From positions 530 to 64,529 of the forward strand of contig CAZVFY010000004.1 in the NCBI GenBank assembly GCA_964626635.1: a stretch of DNA of 64,000 nucleotides. The letters are read 5' to 3'. The DNA is from an uncultured Candidatus Saccharibacteria bacterium. Lineage in GTDB: Bacteria; Patescibacteriota; Minisyncoccia; Phycocordibacterales; UBA918. The position numbers were made by a program, and so were the translations under genes. The notes under the pieces were generated by a model. That model searched no databases and was not told the DNA's origin. It was given only the letters and a program-made list of their open reading frames with translations. Positions 36,826-46,653 of this stretch are shown here, in pieces; the stretch's first letter is position 1, and the number at the start of each line of letters is the position of its first letter.

Positions 36826-37932
36826 TTACTCTTTCGAGACTAAATTATTAAATCTAATAGTTGTGTTTGTTACCTTGATGATGGGCTCACCATCTTCAGG
36901 ATGAACATTTTTGATATTTTGCTTGTGTAGCAGATTCATGAAAGAGCCGTTACTTTTCATTAGCTGTGTGCGGTACGTTTCACCGCTATTTGTTTCTTTA
37001 GGCCCTAATTTTTTATTAAACTCATCCACTCGAATTTCAATTTGTTCCTTGGGCATGTATTCCAGTATGGTCTTAAACAGCGTGATGAACCTTGGATCTT
37101 TGCCATTAGTACGTTTAGAATATTTAAGTTTTCCAGCGCGGTAGTGATATATGTCATCACCTTGTATAGAAAATATCTGTTTTTTCTGATGCTGTTGTTC
37201 TTGGTTATGTATAACAACAGAAGTGTGAATACGCTCTAGATCTGGCTTATATAACTCAACCGAAATAGGATCGGCTTTTTTATGTTTGAGTTTGCCATAT
37301 GTACGTACGAGCCGATCAAAGGCACCAGCTAAAGTCATACGATCTGCTTTTTGAAACTCAGCCGTTACTTCTTTGCAAGCTTTCAGAGCTTGGTGCAATT
37401 TTATGTCAAAAAAGCTGAATTCTTTTTTAGTATGTGATGGTTCTGCAATGAACTGACGGATCTCCTCGTCGTGTCCTAACTGTTCTAACTTGCGTAACAC
37501 GTCGCTGTATTCAGAGATGATTGAGTCATATCGATTACCGCCAGAGAGTTGAGTGTAGTCGAGGAGGGAGTGATAATCACTCATACGGTCTTTGATTGTA
37601 TGATCCTCTTGGAGCTTGAGTCTGCTTACAAGTTTATCGAGTTTTTTGTATGTTTGGTAAAAATCTTTATCAAGCTCAGTCCATTGATGTTCCAGCTCTT
37701 CCTCTTGTTTAGTACGCTCTGACACATCTTTATTCAAGTGGGTCAGGAGTGAGATTCCTTCCTCAGATATAAAGTTAAAATAGTCTACGAGTGCAGCGCT
37801 GAAATCCCAATCGGTAGTCTGATTTGAGGCTGTTTCAAATAGGAGAGCTTCTTTTTGGAGTAGTGTTTGCATAGTATTATCATTATAGTACTGATTTACC
37901 TGCATTACACTAAAATTGGCATTGTTTGGCAT
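36826..37932 (-). CDS. hypothetical protein (368 aa)
   Basis: Long ORF; no motif recognised. Confidence 0.45.
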   Translation of the reverse strand: MPNNANFSVMQVNQYYNDNTMQTLLQKEALLFETASNQTTDWDFSAALVDYFNFISEEGISLLTHLNKDVSERTKQEEELEHQWTELDKDFYQTYKKLDKLVSRLKLQEDHTIKDRMSDYHSLLDYTQLSGGNRYDSIISEYSDVLRKLEQLGHDEEIRQFIAEPSHTKKEFSFFDIKLHQALKACKEVTAEFQKADRMTLAGAFDRLVRTYGKLKHKKADPISVELYKPDLERIHTSVVIHNQEQQHQKKQIFSIQGDDIYHYRAGKLKYSKRTNGKDPRFITLFKTILEYMPKEQIEIRVDEFNKKLGPKETNSGETYRTQLMKSNGSFMNLLHKQNIKNVHPEDGEPIIKVTNTTIRFNNLVSKE

Positions 37933-37972
37933 TTAGAGACCCCCGACCCGGACACATCAGAAAATCGACGGA

Positions 37973-38272
37973 TTGATCATCAATATACCCTTGTGGTGTC
38001 TACAGCGTGGGGTACTTAACCCGAGTGGCCCGCATCCTCGAGCTAGCTCGAGACAACATATGACGTTAGAAAATGTAGCAGACATAGCTTCAATCTTCAG
38101 TGCAGTATTTGCCTTAATAGGCTTGTTTGGTTTGGGAGCGATAGTCTATAAGTTCGTCTTTAAGCAAAAGAACGACACAGTTTTTAATGTGCATGGTGAT
38201 ATCAATGGTGATGTCGTTACTGGGGGTATAGCTGGAAAAAATAAGTCTGATATTCCAAAACAGTATGAATAA
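37973..38272 (+). CDS. hypothetical small membrane protein
   Basis: One TM helix (IASIFSAVFALIGLFGLGAIVY). Confidence 0.3.
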   Translation: MIINIPLWCLQRGVLNPSGPHPRASSRQHMTLENVADIASIFSAVFALIGLFGLGAIVYKFVFKQKNDTVFNVHGDINGDVVTGGIAGKNKSDIPKQYE

Positions 38273-38591
38273 TAATCAACTTAAAATTGAACAAGGTACG
38301 ATTAGCTTTTGGATTAAAGAAAACGCTATAGATTTTGACGATGGGAAAGTTACGCGTATTTTCCAGTTAGATCCTGATGGGGGTAGTATTCTTTGTGTTA
38401 AAGATGACGACAATATGTTGAAGTTACTGTTTGTTGTTTTAGGAAAAGGGAGAGTTGATATAGAGCACGATGTTTCTGTATTAGAAAAGGACAAAAGACA
38501 CATGATAGCTTTTACCTGGAGTTTAGAAAATAAAGAAATTGTATTATTTTTAGATGGAAAAAAAGTAGCGACAAAAGAAATTACTTTTTAG
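38265..38591 (+). CDS. hypothetical protein (108 aa)
   Basis: ORF overlapping the previous gene by 8 nt. Confidence 0.3.
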   Translation: MNNNQLKIEQGTISFWIKENAIDFDDGKVTRIFQLDPDGGSILCVKDDDNMLKLLFVVLGKGRVDIEHDVSVLEKDKRHMIAFTWSLENKEIVLFLDGKKVATKEITF

Positions 38592-38730
38592 AGCCCGAGA
38601 CACTATCAAATCAAAATCTAAAAATAACTAAATCCGTCAAGCCTGCCTTGACTGTCCACGGTTCTAACTCGAGGAAGCCCGCGAGCACCGAAATAAGTCC
38701 GTTAGGACTTATTTCGTTTTGTGCGAGCGC

Positions 38731-38746
38731 GAGAGTGAGGGATTCG
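38731..38746. repeat. inverted copy of tRNA-Ser 3' end (gagagtgagggattcg)
   Basis: Reverse complement of cgaatccctcactctc; ~115 bp left of the direct copy. Confidence 0.7.
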
Positions 38747-38862
38747 AAAGACGCAGACTCATGTGAATTTTGTAGCGAAGCGGAGGAAGAGAGAGTCGAG
38801 TCAGGGTCGTGAGCAACATATTTTCCATGACCGGAGGGAATAAGAAAATAGTTGACTCCTGA

Positions 38863-38880
38863 CCGAATCCCTCACTCTCC
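38863..38880 (+). repeat. attR-like 18-bp direct repeat (cgaatccctcactctccg)
   Basis: Identical to tRNA-Ser 3' end 13695-13712. Confidence 0.8.
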
Positions 38881-38944
38881 GTATCCTCAAGCTAGCCCGA
38901 CCGCCTCTAGTTCATAGAGCAGCCGAGACACGTTCGAACTTAAC

Positions 38945-38973
38945 AAAAGCACCCATGTAGCATGGGTGCTTTT
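38945..38973. terminator. bidirectional terminator hairpin (13-bp stem, flanking A/T runs)
   Basis: aaaagcacccatg-tag-catgggtgctttt. Confidence 0.5.
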
Positions 38974-38991
38974 GTTTCAGGTAACGATTCT

Positions 38992-39426
38992 TTACGTAAC
39001 TGGCAACTCACCCTCACCACCAAACCGCGTGGTCAGATAGCCGATCAGTCCACCAAGGAAAATTCCGTCCAAAATTGCCCAGTATGGTGACGTCAGGCCA
39101 GTCCAAGCAATAATATCGAGCGACATGAACGGTTGCAATTGGTCGCCCGCAAGCAACACCAGCAGCAGCATGTACGACGCACCAACCAGCGGCCCGCGCA
39201 CCCACCACGCCAAGCGCCATGACGCAAATAATGGGTGCGTAGTAAACACCCCAAACAGCCCGATCGTCACGCCCATGAGAATCATCAATAAGAGGAAGCC
39301 GAGCTTAAACTCAAGCGTTGTTGCGACTTGCACAAACGGCAAGATCAGAATGGTTACCAGTCCGATCAAGAAGCTAATGGTTTTGCTAATAACTAATCTG
39401 CCAGCAATAGAATGTGTATTGAACAT
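38992..39426 (-). CDS. hypothetical integral membrane protein (144 aa)
   Basis: 4 predicted TM helices. Confidence 0.4.
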   Translation of the reverse strand: MFNTHSIAGRLVISKTISFLIGLVTILILPFVQVATTLEFKLGFLLLMILMGVTIGLFGVFTTHPLFASWRLAWWVRGPLVGASYMLLLVLLAGDQLQPFMSLDIIAWTGLTSPYWAILDGIFLGGLIGYLTTRFGGEGELPVT

Positions 39427-39476
39427 ACGTATGCAAGGTACATTAATTTTAACGATTTACACAACTCTACCACGAG

Positions 39477-40664
39477 GTGTCTGCTACACTACCTCTAATG
39501 GAAGCCTTCTATCCTTTCTTCTTGATCGTCTTTTCGGGAGTGTTCTTTTCGATGTTGTCGATCCGGACGCACATCCCGTGGGCGGTGATGTTGATCATCG
39601 GCGGGATCGTGTTCGGGCCGAGTGCCTTTGATCTAATTGAGGTAAACGAAACAATCGATTTTTTAGGGCAGATTGGTTTGATCTTCCTCATGTTCATGGC
39701 CGGACTCGAGACCAAACTGACCCAATTCAAAGAATTTCAAGGCAGTTTGTTTGTGCTGGCGCTCATCAATGGCTTGGTGCCATTCTTGGCTGGGTTTGGC
39801 CTGGTGTGGCTCTTGGGGTACGAGCTGATCACAGCGCTAATTGTAGGAATTATCTTTGTGTCGTCGTCGGTGGCGGTGGTGATCCCGTCGCTCGGTGTAT
39901 CTGGCTTGTTGCACACCAAACTTGGGCAGTCCGTGATCATTACGACCGTGCTGCAGGATATATCTAGCCTCGTCTTGTTGTCGCTGCTACTGCAGTCCGT
40001 CAGTCCAGTGACCGAGGTACCGCTGTATGTGTTTTACCCCGTGTTGTTGGGGGTGCTGGTGGCGCTGCGATTGTTTATCCCTAAATTACGCGCCTGGCTC
40101 ACCAGTGTCGCGAGTGACGCACCAGGGCTATTTCAACTGGAGTTCCGTACGACCTTTCTACTGCTGATCGGGACGGTGATCGCGTTTGAATTACTCGGCC
40201 TACACCCGATTGTGGCTGGGTTCTTCTCCGGTCTGGTGCTGGCCGATTCAATCAAAAGCAAAGTCCTCAAAGAAAAGATCCAAACCATCAGCTATGGCGT
40301 GTTTATCCCGACATTCTTTGTGGTGGTTGGGTTGCAGACTGACCTCAGCGGATTGGCGGGGGATATTAGCTCGCTGTTACTCGTACTGCTCGCCGTGGTA
40401 GGTACATTGGTGGTATCTAAGTTCGCGAGCGGATTTATCGCAGCTCGGCTCGTTGGGTTTGACACGCTACAGTCCAAGTTCTTTGCCGCAACGTCACTAC
40501 CGCAGCTATCGACAACGCTCGCGACCGCGTTCGTCGCGTTTAGCCTAGGGCTGCTCGACCAAGTACTACTGACTTCGCTGGTGCTGCTCAGTATTGTGAC
40601 GGTGCTGCTGAGTCCGCTGTTGATCAGCCGCTACGCCAAGCAAATCAGCGCGGAGAAGGGGTAG
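39477..40664 (+). CDS. cation:proton antiporter (CPA family Na+/H+ exchanger)
   Basis: ~11-12 TM helices; Na_H_exchanger-like motifs (…FLMFMAGLE…). Confidence 0.75.
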   Translation: MSATLPLMEAFYPFFLIVFSGVFFSMLSIRTHIPWAVMLIIGGIVFGPSAFDLIEVNETIDFLGQIGLIFLMFMAGLETKLTQFKEFQGSLFVLALINGLVPFLAGFGLVWLLGYELITALIVGIIFVSSSVAVVIPSLGVSGLLHTKLGQSVIITTVLQDISSLVLLSLLLQSVSPVTEVPLYVFYPVLLGVLVALRLFIPKLRAWLTSVASDAPGLFQLEFRTTFLLLIGTVIAFELLGLHPIVAGFFSGLVLADSIKSKVLKEKIQTISYGVFIPTFFVVVGLQTDLSGLAGDISSLLLVLLAVVGTLVVSKFASGFIAARLVGFDTLQSKFFAATSLPQLSTTLATAFVAFSLGLLDQVLLTSLVLLSIVTVLLSPLLISRYAKQISAEKG

Positions 40665-41280
40665 GAGCAGTGAGAATGTGCACATAATAATCCCACAACA
40701 ACCGCGCGGCCGCCCCACGGTGCGGCGACCATCGTTCCGAAAATGCGCGCAGTTCGCGTTCACTGGGGCGAGTGGAGAGACCATAAATTTCTTGCGTGGC
40801 GATCTGTAATGCCAGATCACCAGGCGCAAAGGCATCTGCATGCCCGAGCGAGAATAAGCAATAAATCTCGGCAGTCCATGGGCCGATACCGGTGACCTGG
40901 GTCAGAGTAGTGACCACCTCGTCGGTTGACTGGCGGCCAAGTGCGCGCCAGGGAACATAAGCCTCGGCGAGCGCGTAGGCGTATCGAGCCTTTTGCTGAC
41001 TGAGGCCGGCGGCGCGTAACTCGGCCGGTGAGGCGGCGAGGATGCGTTTGGGCGTTGTCAGTCCCGCCTTCCGCATTTTATTCATACTAGCAGTGGCTGC
41101 TGCAGTGCTGACTTGCTGGGATACGATGGCGGTCAGCACCGCACCAAACCCAGTTGGTCGCTTGCGCAAACTAGGTACGCCGATCGCGTTGTACACTGTG
41201 CGTAATGTAGGATCGAGCGCCAGGAGGGCGGCTACTTCGCGCGCGAGCTGTGCTTTGGAGGTAATACGAGGTGGGTTCAT
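40645..41280 (-). CDS. HhH-GPD DNA glycosylase (AlkA/3-methyladenine glycosylase II-like)
   Basis: Helix-hairpin-helix IPGIGPWTAEIY followed by catalytic Asp region LGHADAFAPGDLAL. Confidence 0.7.
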   Translation of the reverse strand: MNPPRITSKAQLAREVAALLALDPTLRTVYNAIGVPSLRKRPTGFGAVLTAIVSQQVSTAAATASMNKMRKAGLTTPKRILAASPAELRAAGLSQQKARYAYALAEAYVPWRALGRQSTDEVVTTLTQVTGIGPWTAEIYCLFSLGHADAFAPGDLALQIATQEIYGLSTRPSERELRAFSERWSPHRGAAARLLWDYYVHILTAPTPSPR

Positions 41281-41368
41281 GTGTTGCAGTATGCAACCTG
41301 CGACAAATTGTGTACACCAGCTGCCATCGCTACAGGTATACTAGAAGAACGTTTAACACGAAAATAGT

Positions 41369-42703
41369 ATGACCACGGAGCAATTCATCGCACCATTCAA
41401 TGCCCAATTCAGCTGGCAGACCCAGTATCTGGCGACAGTCGCAGAAATTGCGCATGACGTGGTGCCGTACCTGCGCAGCATCAACGCTAGTGAGGCTGAC
41501 TATCGACTGGTTGAGCGTATGTTTCATCCCGAGCGGACCATTTCGTTCCGCGTTGATTGGCAAGACGACGCCGGGCAGATCCAGACCAACACTGGCTACC
41601 GTGTCCAGATGAACTCTGCCCGCGGACCGTATAAGGGCGGGTTGCGGTTTGATGCGACGGTGAACCTCGACGTCCTCAAATTCCTCGCGCTCGAACAAGC
41701 CTTCAAAAACGCGCTGACCGGCTTGCCGCTTGGCGCCAGCAAGGGTGGTGCAAATTTCGATCCACGCGGTAAGTCGCCAGGCGAGATCAAGCGGTTTTGC
41801 CAAGCCTTCATTACTGAACTGTACCGACACATCGGGGCGCAGACTGATGTGCCCGCCGGTGACATCGGGGTGGGTGCAGCCGAGATCGGCTGGATGTACG
41901 GCCAGTATAAACGCATCGCCAACGAACACACCGGCATCCTGACCGGCAAAGGCACCGAGTTCGGCGGCTCGCTCGGTCGGACCGAGGCGACTGGCTACGG
42001 CGTGGTGTATTTGTTGCGGCACGTTCTAGGCAGTATTGATGCACAGGTAGAGGGGAAGCGCATCGCCGTCTCTGGCTCTGGTAACGTAGCGCTGCACGCG
42101 GCTGAAAAGCTGCTGCACGAAGGAGCAGTCGTCCTGACGCTGTCCGAGCGGGGCGGATATTTGTATGCGGCAGATGGCTTTACCCAAGAAGCGCTGGCAT
42201 TAATCAAAAATACGAAGGCTCGTAAACAGTCTCTTCGCGCAATCGCTGCTGAGGTTAAGGCTGAGTACGTCACTAACGGTAGTCTGTGGGCAGCGGTGCC
42301 GGCTGATGTGTACTTGCCAGCAGCAACCCAAAACGAAATTGACGTGGCGGACGCGCGAGCGATCATTGCGCACAATCCACTGGTTGTGATCGAAGGTGCC
42401 AACATGCCAGTGGCGCGGGAGGCGGTCGAATTAGTACAAAGTACCGATATATTGTTTGTACCAGGCAAGGCCGCCAACGCCGGCGGCGTGGCGGTGTCCG
42501 GTCTCGAGATGTCGCAAAACGCCGGGCACCAAACGTGGACCACTGCCAAGGTTGACCAGTACCTCGAGTTAATCATGAAAGATATTTTCCATACCATGCA
42601 GCACCACGGCACACAGCCAGACGGACGGATAGACTACCTGCGTGGCGCGAACATTGGTGGATTTATTAAATTATTTGCAGCCATGAAAGGGTTGGGGTGG
42701 TAG
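41369..42703 (+). CDS. gdhA: NADP-specific glutamate dehydrogenase
   Basis: GDH signature …KGGLRF…GLPLGASKGGANFDPRGKS…; NAD(P)-binding GSGNVA. Confidence 0.9.
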   Translation: MTTEQFIAPFNAQFSWQTQYLATVAEIAHDVVPYLRSINASEADYRLVERMFHPERTISFRVDWQDDAGQIQTNTGYRVQMNSARGPYKGGLRFDATVNLDVLKFLALEQAFKNALTGLPLGASKGGANFDPRGKSPGEIKRFCQAFITELYRHIGAQTDVPAGDIGVGAAEIGWMYGQYKRIANEHTGILTGKGTEFGGSLGRTEATGYGVVYLLRHVLGSIDAQVEGKRIAVSGSGNVALHAAEKLLHEGAVVLTLSERGGYLYAADGFTQEALALIKNTKARKQSLRAIAAEVKAEYVTNGSLWAAVPADVYLPAATQNEIDVADARAIIAHNPLVVIEGANMPVAREAVELVQSTDILFVPGKAANAGGVAVSGLEMSQNAGHQTWTTAKVDQYLELIMKDIFHTMQHHGTQPDGRIDYLRGANIGGFIKLFAAMKGLGW

Positions 42704-42727
42704 TGTGCTAGCATCGAGTATTGGCGT

Positions 42728-43039
42728 ATGGAATTATTTGGACAACCTCTCTGGCTGCTGCTCATCGGGTTACTTATCACACTTAATGTCGTAGCGTGCA
42801 TTGTCATGGGTCGCGATAAACGCCGCGCTATTCATGGTCGGAATGCCGAACGAGCGGCTGAAGGCTTTTTATTTTTCTTGGCGGCAATGGGTGGTGCGAT
42901 TGGTATTTATTTGGGTATGTTACTGTTCCGGCACAAAACGCGCCGCTGGTACTTTCAGATCGGGATCCCGGTGCTAATTACGCAACAGATAGTGTTGGCG
43001 TATGGCGCGCTCATCTGGGCAGGAATTGGTTTATTATAG
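42728..43039 (+). CDS. DUF1294 family membrane protein
   Basis: Two TM helices around GRDKRRAIHG…R; typical DUF1294 architecture. Confidence 0.6.
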   Translation: MELFGQPLWLLLIGLLITLNVVACIVMGRDKRRAIHGRNAERAAEGFLFFLAAMGGAIGIYLGMLLFRHKTRRWYFQIGIPVLITQQIVLAYGALIWAGIGLL

Positions 43040-43094
43040 CGCAGTAAAGCATGAAGACTTTGTACAAATAGTATTATTTGTTACAATTAGAAAC

Positions 43095-43826
43095 ATGCAG
43101 TTATTATTCGCCGTAGGCATACTTGTATTGGTACTATGCCTGCTTCTAATCACCACTCCAATGCTTACCTACCTCAAAACTGGCTACCTCATTGCCACGG
43201 TCACTCCTTACGAACAGCCTGGCACCACACCACCGGCTGGTAATATCAAGATCATTGGTGACAGTACTGGCTACGGCACTGGCGCAGGCAACGCAATGGA
43301 ATCGGTAGCGGGACGGATCGGCGCGGCGTACCCGTGCTACCGCATCACCAATGACAGCGTGAACGGCCGTACGATTACTGATCTACTGCAAGCTGACAGC
43401 AGCGCAGACCAGTCGTACGATCTTATCTTGCTACAAATCGGCGCGAATGATTTGCTGCAGCACCGCAGCGTCGACGAGGTGTTGAACGATATGAATACAC
43501 TGATCGAGCGCCTACAGCCGCAGGCTGCGCACCTGGCCATCCTGACCTCGGGTAATATTGGCGGGACAGAGCGACTGGCTGAGGGTGAGCGCCAGGCTCT
43601 CACCGACGCTTCGCGTGAGTACGACAGGCGGATGCAGGATTTTGCCGCTAAACAACCGAACGTGCAGTTTGTCTCGTTGTTTTCAGAACTGGACGACGAT
43701 CCGTTCGTGCAGGACCCAGATCGCTACCAATCTTGGGACGGATTGCATCCCTCAAGTGAAGGCTATCGACTATGGTTCGAGGCGGCCGAGGAACAGGTGC
43801 TAACGAGTGTCCTGGCACCATGTTAA
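43095..43826 (+). CDS. SGNH/GDSL hydrolase
   Basis: Block I IIGDSTGYG, block V DGLHPS; N-terminal TM/signal. Confidence 0.65.
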   Translation: MQLLFAVGILVLVLCLLLITTPMLTYLKTGYLIATVTPYEQPGTTPPAGNIKIIGDSTGYGTGAGNAMESVAGRIGAAYPCYRITNDSVNGRTITDLLQADSSADQSYDLILLQIGANDLLQHRSVDEVLNDMNTLIERLQPQAAHLAILTSGNIGGTERLAEGERQALTDASREYDRRMQDFAAKQPNVQFVSLFSELDDDPFVQDPDRYQSWDGLHPSSEGYRLWFEAAEEQVLTSVLAPC

Positions 43827-44465
43827 TTGACTCATACACAATGCTCTATGCGTAAAGTAATGTATGCCGTACTGGTTGCAATTGCGCTCGTCGTATTATG
43901 GCAATTTTTACCTTCAGACCCTGTGACAGTGACACCCCCTGAAAACGCCCGCGCCAGCGGACCGATTGTGGCAGTGGGAGAGAGTCTGGCTGCCGGAGTG
44001 GGTGCGCCCGAGGGACAGGGATTCGTGGCAATTCTTAGTCGCGTAATCGATGAAGAGATCATCAATCTCGGGGTCAGTGGCCAGACTACCGCCGAAGCTC
44101 GAGCGGTGCTCGGTGACGTGCTGGCGTTAGAGCCTCGGTTGGTGTTGCTGCAGCTCGGTGGTAATGATGCCATCCAGGACGTACCGAGCGCCGAGACGTT
44201 CGCTAATTTACGATACATGATAGACACGTTGCAGGCCGATGGCGCCCAAGTCATCTTGCTCGGTGTGCGGGGTGGTATATTTCGTGACACCGCGCGCAAC
44301 CAGTTTGATCAGCTAGCGGCTGATACGAACGTCGCATACGTACCCGACATCCTGGACGGGCTGTTTGGCAATGATGATCTGATGAGTGACCCAATTCATC
44401 CTAATGCCGCTGGGTACCAACAGATTGCGGATCGCGTATTGCCAGTATTAGAGCGCGCCCAGTAG
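43827..44465 (+). CDS. SGNH/GDSL hydrolase (second paralogue)
   Basis: VAVGESLAAG (GxSL), LGGND, DPIHPN. Confidence 0.65.
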   Translation: MTHTQCSMRKVMYAVLVAIALVVLWQFLPSDPVTVTPPENARASGPIVAVGESLAAGVGAPEGQGFVAILSRVIDEEIINLGVSGQTTAEARAVLGDVLALEPRLVLLQLGGNDAIQDVPSAETFANLRYMIDTLQADGAQVILLGVRGGIFRDTARNQFDQLAADTNVAYVPDILDGLFGNDDLMSDPIHPNAAGYQQIADRVLPVLERAQ

Positions 44466-44522
44466 TGCCCCAGATGCTGTATACTGCATACGAGTATTGG
44501 AACAATAACGACATCATATATT

Positions 44523-44849
44523 ATGGCAACTAAAGAAGAAATGATAGGCACGTACCTTAGCCAATTGACCAACCTTAATGAAGAGGTAGACATGAACCTC
44601 CTTGATTGGGCGGTGGATCGGGTCGGTCCGGCCAATTACAATGCTGATGGGCAGCTCGTCGCCATGTCTGACGAGACTGAGGTCAAAACCGTCTACAACA
44701 ACTTTGTAGCTGACGAGCTAGCTGAGACTGACGAAGAAAAGGGTATGCAAGCGATTCAGGCAGTTGGTGATCAGATGAAAGGCGAGTCGCGAAAGTACCG
44801 GGCAGTGGTGTACTATATGCTCGCTAAGCACTATGGTAAGTCAGTGTAA
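44523..44849 (+). CDS. hypothetical acidic protein (108 aa)
   Basis: ORF with upstream AT-rich region. Confidence 0.4.
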   Translation: MATKEEMIGTYLSQLTNLNEEVDMNLLDWAVDRVGPANYNADGQLVAMSDETEVKTVYNNFVADELAETDEEKGMQAIQAVGDQMKGESRKYRAVVYYMLAKHYGKSV

Positions 44850-44891
44850 GCCAGCAGCATTGCAGGCGAGGCGCTGACCTCGCCACGAACA

Positions 44892-45491
44892 TTAATGTGC
44901 CAGCGCAACACAATGCACACGCATATCTGCCGGTAGCGCACGCTTAAGGGCGCTTTCTGCTGCCCGCATCGTGGCGCCAGTAGTCAACACATCATCTAGT
45001 AAGACTACGGTATTGGGTAGAGCAGCGACTCGATTGCTACGCACTCCGAACGTACCCTGCTGCTGCTCGATACGCGTAGCGCGCGGCACTTGAGCTTGGC
45101 GCGCGGTGTGCGTGCGTTTATAAAGCAGATCGGAAGCGTACTGCTGATGGTAGGCGCTCTGCCGCATCACATGGGCCAGGTGATCGTACCCGCGCTCGCG
45201 CCAACGGCGATATGACTGCGGTACCGTGATCACCGTAAAGGCAACAGATCCGAATTTCGCTGTTAAAAATTGATCGAGCACCGTTGCGAGTGCAAGTGCC
45301 GCTGGGCGTTGATAGTGATATTTGTTCGCTTTGATGCACGTACTTACTGGTAATTCTTGATACGGTAAGAGACAAGCGACGTGATCAACGTATGTGACTG
45401 AATAATGAGGGTCGAGCGATACCACTGATTCAGTGTCAGGGAACAACACCGACTGTAGCTTCCCAACAACTCTGCGTATTTGATGCAACAT
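44892..45491 (-). CDS. comF: ComF family protein (phosphoribosyltransferase-like competence protein)
   Basis: PRTase motif VVLLDDVLTTGATM. Confidence 0.65.
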   Translation of the reverse strand: MLHQIRRVVGKLQSVLFPDTESVVSLDPHYSVTYVDHVACLLPYQELPVSTCIKANKYHYQRPAALALATVLDQFLTAKFGSVAFTVITVPQSYRRWRERGYDHLAHVMRQSAYHQQYASDLLYKRTHTARQAQVPRATRIEQQQGTFGVRSNRVAALPNTVVLLDDVLTTGATMRAAESALKRALPADMRVHCVALAH

Positions 45492-45534
45492 AACGTGATA
45501 TTATTTACAACAGTATCATCGCACGCGTCAAGCC

Positions 45535-46590
45535 ATGGGATTCCTAAGTAATTTATTTTCTAGCAATACACTCTCACGCTCTAATAGCGCCATTGGCGTA
45601 GACATCGGCAGCTCTTCGCTCAAGGTGGTCGAGTTAGAAGAGCGCAGCGGCGTGTTGACGCTCGTCACATACGGTGAAGTGCAGCTAGGCCCTTACGCGG
45701 GCAAGCCAATTGGTGGCGTTGTGCAACTGACCGCCAAGCAGGAGCAAGAAGCGTTAGTTGATGCCATCCGCGAATCAGCAGTCAAAGCTAATGACGCGGT
45801 ATTTGCGATGCCGCTCTCAGCAAGTTTTATTAGTACCGCAACGCTGGGGTCTAGTGGTGGCGCCGATATTGGCGCGATGGTGCGGGTCGAGGCGCGTAAA
45901 TTGATCCCGGCTTCATTGAACGAGGTTACTTTAGACTGGGCAGAGCTATCACAAACAGACACACACCAGCGCGTACTATTGGCGGCTATTCAAAACTCGG
46001 CAATTGATCGGTTTAATATTTTAGAGCAATTTGCTGGCTTTGCTGATGCTCAAACAGAAATCGAGTGTTTTAGTACCAACCGTGCTGTCAGTACAACAGA
46101 AAATTGCGCGGTCTTTGATTTTGGTGCTCAAACCACCAAGATGTATCTGTTATCTGGCGGTATTCTGAACCGTATGCATCGCGTTAATGTCGGCGGGGAA
46201 GCTGTTACAAAGGCGCTAATGAAAAAGCTGAACCTCACTTTTGAAGAAGCAGAAATGCACAAGCAACAGCCTGATTCTGAAGGTAAATATTACACCGCAG
46301 TACACGATACATACCAGCAAGTGTACGGGCGCGCCATGCGAGAGTTCTCCCAAGTAATTCAGCGCCATACGAGTGAGACCGACGAAGCGTTCCAGGCGGC
46401 AGAAATTTGTGGGGGTGCCAGTCGATTCGCTGCAGCGCCTGGCTTAGTCAAGGAACTGTTCTCAGCAAATGTAGAATATATTCGTCCTTTCCGGCACGTG
46501 GCCTATCCAACTTTTATGGGTGATGTAATAGAAGAAATTGGACCATATTTTACTGCTAGTCTAGGAGCAGCGTTACGACCGTTTGAATAA
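45535..46590 (+). CDS. pilM: type IV pilus assembly protein PilM (actin-like ATPase)
   Basis: IGVDIGSSSLKVVEL… ASKHA fold motifs. Confidence 0.75.
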   Translation: MGFLSNLFSSNTLSRSNSAIGVDIGSSSLKVVELEERSGVLTLVTYGEVQLGPYAGKPIGGVVQLTAKQEQEALVDAIRESAVKANDAVFAMPLSASFISTATLGSSGGADIGAMVRVEARKLIPASLNEVTLDWAELSQTDTHQRVLLAAIQNSAIDRFNILEQFAGFADAQTEIECFSTNRAVSTTENCAVFDFGAQTTKMYLLSGGILNRMHRVNVGGEAVTKALMKKLNLTFEEAEMHKQQPDSEGKYYTAVHDTYQQVYGRAMREFSQVIQRHTSETDEAFQAAEICGGASRFAAAPGLVKELFSANVEYIRPFRHVAYPTFMGDVIEEIGPYFTASLGAALRPFE

Positions 46591-46653
46591 CATACATCCT
46601 GTCCACAGTGGCCAGGCAATCCTGAGTACAGATCACAGTATACTTACATCAAC

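Larger units (their letters stand above)
13713..38880. mobile_element. ~25-kb AT-rich genomic island integrated at tRNA-Ser 3' end (composite; defence/mobile cargo)
   Basis: Bounded by the 18-bp direct repeat of the tRNA 3' end; internal degenerate att copy near 16012-16085. Visibly lower GC than flanks. Cargo: serine recombinase, Type III R-M, DGR, methyltransferases, MotAB-HNH module. Confidence 0.6.

Noticed and set aside
41330-42612. Minus-strand ORFs (41330..42022, 41995..42612) antisense to gdhA
   Set aside because: The GDH signature on the plus strand is definitive. The antisense frames are Ala/Arg/Ser-rich.
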